Assembly: GCA_963752155.1 (NCBI GenBank) | Contig: CAVVXH010000015.1 | Location: 119,040-183,039 of the forward strand | Origin: an uncultured Parachlamydiaceae bacterium | GTDB lineage: Bacteria > Chlamydiota > Chlamydiia > Chlamydiales > Parachlamydiaceae | Direction: 5' to 3' | DNA length: 64,000 nt | Part shown: positions 60,577 through 64,000 of the stretch, in pieces | How the letters are laid out: each line of letters opens with the position of its first letter | Numbering within the stretch: position 1 is the first letter of the stretch | The notes under the pieces: generated by a model | The model's database searches: none | The model's input: only the letters and a program-made list of their open reading frames with translations | Told to the model about the DNA's origin: nothing | Position numbers and translations under genes: made by a program

Positions 60577-61344
60577 ATGGAAAATAGATTTATTCTCAAA
60601 GTCTATCGTGGAGAACCTGGTCATCAATTCTGGGAAGAATTTGAGCTGCCAATTATCCCCCATAGCAACGTCATTTCCTGCTTAATGGAAATTCAAAAAA
60701 GACCTTATAATCGCCAAGGGACGAAAGTCACTCCTGTGGTATGGGAAAGTGGATGTTTAGAGGAAGTTTGTGGATCTTGTTCCATGCTAATCAATGGCAA
60801 ACCTAGACAAGCTTGCACAGCTCTGATCGAACCGATTTTACGAGAAACAAAAAGCGATACCATTACATTGGCCCCTTTTACAAAATTTCCTCTCGTCCGC
60901 GACTTGATTGTCGACCGCTCTTCTATGTTTGAAAATCTTAAAAAGGTACACGCCTGGATAGAAGTCGACAGTAGCTTTAACAAGGGACCAGGACCTAAAA
61001 TTAGTCAAGAAAAGCAAGAGGTTATGTATGCACTCTCGACTTGTATGACTTGTGGTTGCTGCATAGAGGCTTGCCCTCAAATGAACAATAAATCAAAGTT
61101 TGTGGGGCCTCAAATCATCTCTCAAGTGCGACTTTTCAATGACAACCCTACCGGCGCGTTGCAAAGAGCAAGACGTCTTGATCCGATGTTGCAAGAAGGG
61201 GGCATCAGTGAATGTGGTAATGCACAAAATTGTCAAAAAGTTTGTCCTAAAGAAATCCCATTGCTCGACTCAATCGCTGCTATCAGCCGAGATGCGACCC
61301 TTCATGCTTTTAGAAAGTTATTTAGCTTGCCTGATCGAGAGTAA
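60577..61344 (+). CDS. sdhB: Succinate dehydrogenase iron-sulfur subunit
   Basis: CLEEVCGSC, CMTCGCCIEACP, CGNAQNCQKVCP. Confidence 0.97.
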   Translation: MENRFILKVYRGEPGHQFWEEFELPIIPHSNVISCLMEIQKRPYNRQGTKVTPVVWESGCLEEVCGSCSMLINGKPRQACTALIEPILRETKSDTITLAPFTKFPLVRDLIVDRSSMFENLKKVHAWIEVDSSFNKGPGPKISQEKQEVMYALSTCMTCGCCIEACPQMNNKSKFVGPQIISQVRLFNDNPTGALQRARRLDPMLQEGGISECGNAQNCQKVCPKEIPLLDSIAAISRDATLHAFRKLFSLPDRE

Positions 61345-61376
61345 ATGTCAATGTCTCTTGGGCAATGTCCAAAATA

Positions 61377-61485
61377 GCCTTGCCATTGGTGCCTGACCTG
61401 ATATTCTGATATTTGCCTAAACGAAAACAAGACCTCTTAAAAGGGCAAATGTCAGAATGTCAGGTCTGGAACCAAGGCTAAGGCG
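61377..61485. repeat. Family D palindrome
   Basis: Standalone D copy. Confidence 0.88.
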
Positions 61486-61564
61486 GTACATCCTAGAATT
61501 TGCTCCTCATTGAAAATTAAAAGCACTCTCTGTTAGCATCTGAGAGGTAACGTTCTGGCCTGGG

Positions 61565-61970
61565 TTCCGGATCCAAAATATGTGACTTCTAGTTAAGTAT
61601 GCACCCCTGATTATAACATCCAAAAACTTTTTGGAGTGCTGTGGCTCTGCCACAGCGCGTGAAGAAGGTTTAATCATAAAGTATGCAATTAAAAATTATA
61701 GGATGTTGTCTCGCTTTATGACAGGCCTCTTACTCGTAGCTTCATTCAGACCATAAATGTATGTCAGGAACGGATTTGTAAAACAACAAAACCCTTGCCA
61801 ACTGAAAGGGAAATTTTTTTAATTGCATGCTTTATCATCTAAACCTTCTTCACGCGCTGTGGCAGAGCCACAGCACTCCAAAAAGTTTTTGGATGTTATA
61901 ATCAGGGGTGCATACTTAATTAGAAGTCACATATTTTGAATCGGAAATGGGGGAGGAAGAAATGGCAAGG
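61565..61970. repeat. Family H large palindromic element
   Basis: About 130-bp inverted arms around a loop shared with 51128-51592. Confidence 0.92.
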
Positions 61971-62006
61971 TTTTTGGTCGAAAAACTAGCCTTGTTCACT
62001 TCTTCG

Positions 62007-62091
62007 TTCAATTATTCCTCCTCTGTGATCTCTGTGGTAGATTTTTTTTTACCACAGAGATCACAGAGAACACAGAGGAGGAATAATTGAG
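62007..62091. repeat. Family I: inverted 9-nt CACAGAGA(T/A) units
   Basis: TCAATTATTCCTCCTCTGTGATCTCTGTGGTA ... TACCACAGAGATCACAGAGAACACAGAGGAGGAATAATTGA. Confidence 0.88.
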
Positions 62092-62111
62092 CGAAAGTTT
62101 CTCGTGTACAG

Positions 62112-62270
62112 GTGAACATAGCCCTTAAAGAAACCTTGAATGAAAACACACTCACTGAAGAAGAATTACTTAATTGTATTAAAAAAATGATACTGCATAT
62201 TAAACGAATGGAGAATGATTTTCAAAGCTTCTGGAAACAATTAGAACGAAAGATCATCGAGCATGCGTAA
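62112..62270 (+). other. Short protein-like ORF, possibly a gene 3' remnant
   Basis: VNIALKETLNENTLTEEELLNCIKKMILHIKRMENDFQSFWKQLERKIIEHA*, starting just after family I. Confidence 0.3.
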
Positions 62271-62284
62271 ACTCCACTTCTTCC

Positions 62285-63766
62285 ATCTAAATTTCTTGCG
62301 TGATGAGCATTTCCAAATATATGCATGGCACGGCGGTACTTTGCTATGGTACCGTATAGACAACAAATCCCTGAGCTTGCAACATCAAAGAAAGAGCCTC
62401 TTTCGTCTGAAAGAGGATTCTGTTCTACCTTTTCATTACGTAAAATCAAGTTTGCCGAGTTTCACCCAAACGGTTACAGAGAAGTATCTTCCCCATCATT
62501 TAATTGATAAGCGTTTGAAAAGAAAAATCGAAAAGAAAATAGCCCGAGGAAGTGTTGCATATTTATTGGTATACTCGCGCAATGGTAGATTCATGTAAAT
62601 TAAGTTCTTCGGCAAATACCTAGTCATCGTCAAAGGGGTCAATTGGCCCTCAGGCTGAGTAAAAAATTGATATTGTGCTTTGCTAACGATTGGACCATCT
62701 CTCTCAAGTCGTATTACGCTGATGAATATTTTGAAAGAACCATTGAGCAGATAGAATTTTTTGTTTGATAAAATTACGCGTTTCTAATGACAACGAGGGA
62801 TCGTCGAGCATGCGAAATACCGTCGATTAAAGCATAATTGCAGGTAAGGATCATCATTCAAGAAACATGCAGTTGTCATCTTCTTGATCAAGAAGACATC
62901 AGGAACAATGAAATCGATTCTAGTACTATTAAATCGGAACTAGGATGAAGTTCTAAGTTTAGCAATCTGTTTTCAATGGCTTCGGTGATCTCTTTTTACT
63001 GCATTTTAACAGCTTTCTGAATTTGAGGAATACGATTGTGCAATAAATCTTCATAGTGATCCCGGCAACAATTCGATAGGCAATTGTCTTTCCTTCTCCT
63101 TTTGTTTTAATTGGAGGAGCAGTGATTCTTGTAAATTCCTCGCTCCTGACGCCATAAGGTTCGAAATACTGAATTTCTCAAGAACATATTAAAGTCTTAT
63201 TAATCAAAATTATTAAGCAATGCAATTTACTTAAAGATTCTTCAAAAAGCCTGAATTATCGAAATTGCCAATAATTGCCTCAGCCATGGCTTGTTCATTT
63301 TCTGGTGAAGGTCTCCCGCGCTTGCATCATTAGATGCCCAAACAATGTCGCATGGCCACATAAAGAACTTTCCATGAACGTTTTAAGCTTTTCTTCTTCG
63401 CTATTCCGCTTAATATAGCTATTGCCATCTCCCAAATAATCGCGGAAATCGTCATCAATGCGCTTCAAAATTTCAAAATTATGATCATCAAAACTTAATT
63501 CCACTTCGGGGAGTAAACTCTTTCTCTTCACTGATCTCTGTTTCTTCTGCTTCTTCTAGAGCTCGATTTTCAGGAGAATCTTCTTCAGAACTCTCTAGCA
63601 GTGGATTTTCAGCTATTTCAGCTTCAAGCCTTTCTGAAAGTTCAAGAATGGGCATTTGGAGGATAGCTATTGCTTGCTGCATTTGCGGAGACATAATCAT
63701 TCGCTGCATTTGCCGAAGCGCAGGATTTTGCTTAACTCGCATTTCTAATGAAGGTGGCTGTGGCAT
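62285..63766 (-). pseudogene. rpoN: RNA polymerase sigma-54, multiply frameshifted (pseudogene or low-quality sequence); 3' end approximate
   Basis: MSPQMQQAIAILQMPILEL..ENPLLE, IIGNFDNSGF, FEPYGV, VPDV, HESTIAR, PLSDE and TIAKYR occur in order across different frames. Confidence 0.88.
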
Positions 63767-63894
63767 ACTCTTCACTCTCTTTTATCTGTAAACCTATTTT
63801 TGATTTTTAATGCAAAATAGATGTTCTTCATTTTCTTTGGTTGTATCTTAATGCCCTCCGTTTAGCAAGGAAATAATTCAAACAATAATTCCTA

Positions 63895-64000
63895 AGAAAG
63901 ATGCTGTGATATTAGGGTATAAAGTATAGGAAAAATTAAACACAAAGACACGAAGGCGCAAAGAGCACAAAGAGATCTTACATGTAAAGTATAATATTTT
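63895..64000. repeat. Family B left arm (runs off the window)
   Basis: AAAGATGCTGTGATATTAGGGTATAAAGTATAGGAAAAATTAAACACAAAGACACGAAGG.. Confidence 0.9.

Noticed and set aside
8876..61396. Many 60-130 aa antisense or nested ORFs inside groEL, gatAB, pnp, prfB, sdhAB and others
   Set aside because: Shadow frames of well-supported genes, with no motifs of their own

Overview
A low-GC bacterial chromosome segment whose gene order and content point to an environmental Chlamydiae genome (Parachlamydiales-like; inference). Evidence: tRNA-Gln-rplY-pth-rpsF-rpsR-rplI-ispE, gatCAB, prfB-GNAT, rpsO-pnp, sdhCAB, a groES-less groEL paralog, glgA-pgsA, and eukaryote-like F-box, BTB, tyrosine phosphatase and lipase genes. 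Most larger intergenic spaces hold one of about ten families of long palindromic MITE/REP-like elements, often nested. Several families are built from 9-nt tandem units. One 9-nt array pair brackets an unannotated decayed GxxExxY (PD-(D/E)XK) nuclease fragment, suggesting a nuclease-plus-repeat selfish system (inference). Other highlights: a 56-bp palindromic tandem array running into the RBS of an ATPase-nuclease gene frameshifted in an A8 tract, plus a collapsed remnant of a paralog; an F-box gene triplication with repeat-bounded ends; a 174-bp duplication around a toxin-tail/immunity-like cassette; a secreted tyrosine phosphatase with altered motifs; the programmed prfB frameshift; and frameshifts in pnp, a small membrane protein and rpoN that may be sequencing errors. 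All calls were made by eye, with no database searches. Repeat family letters are my own labels.
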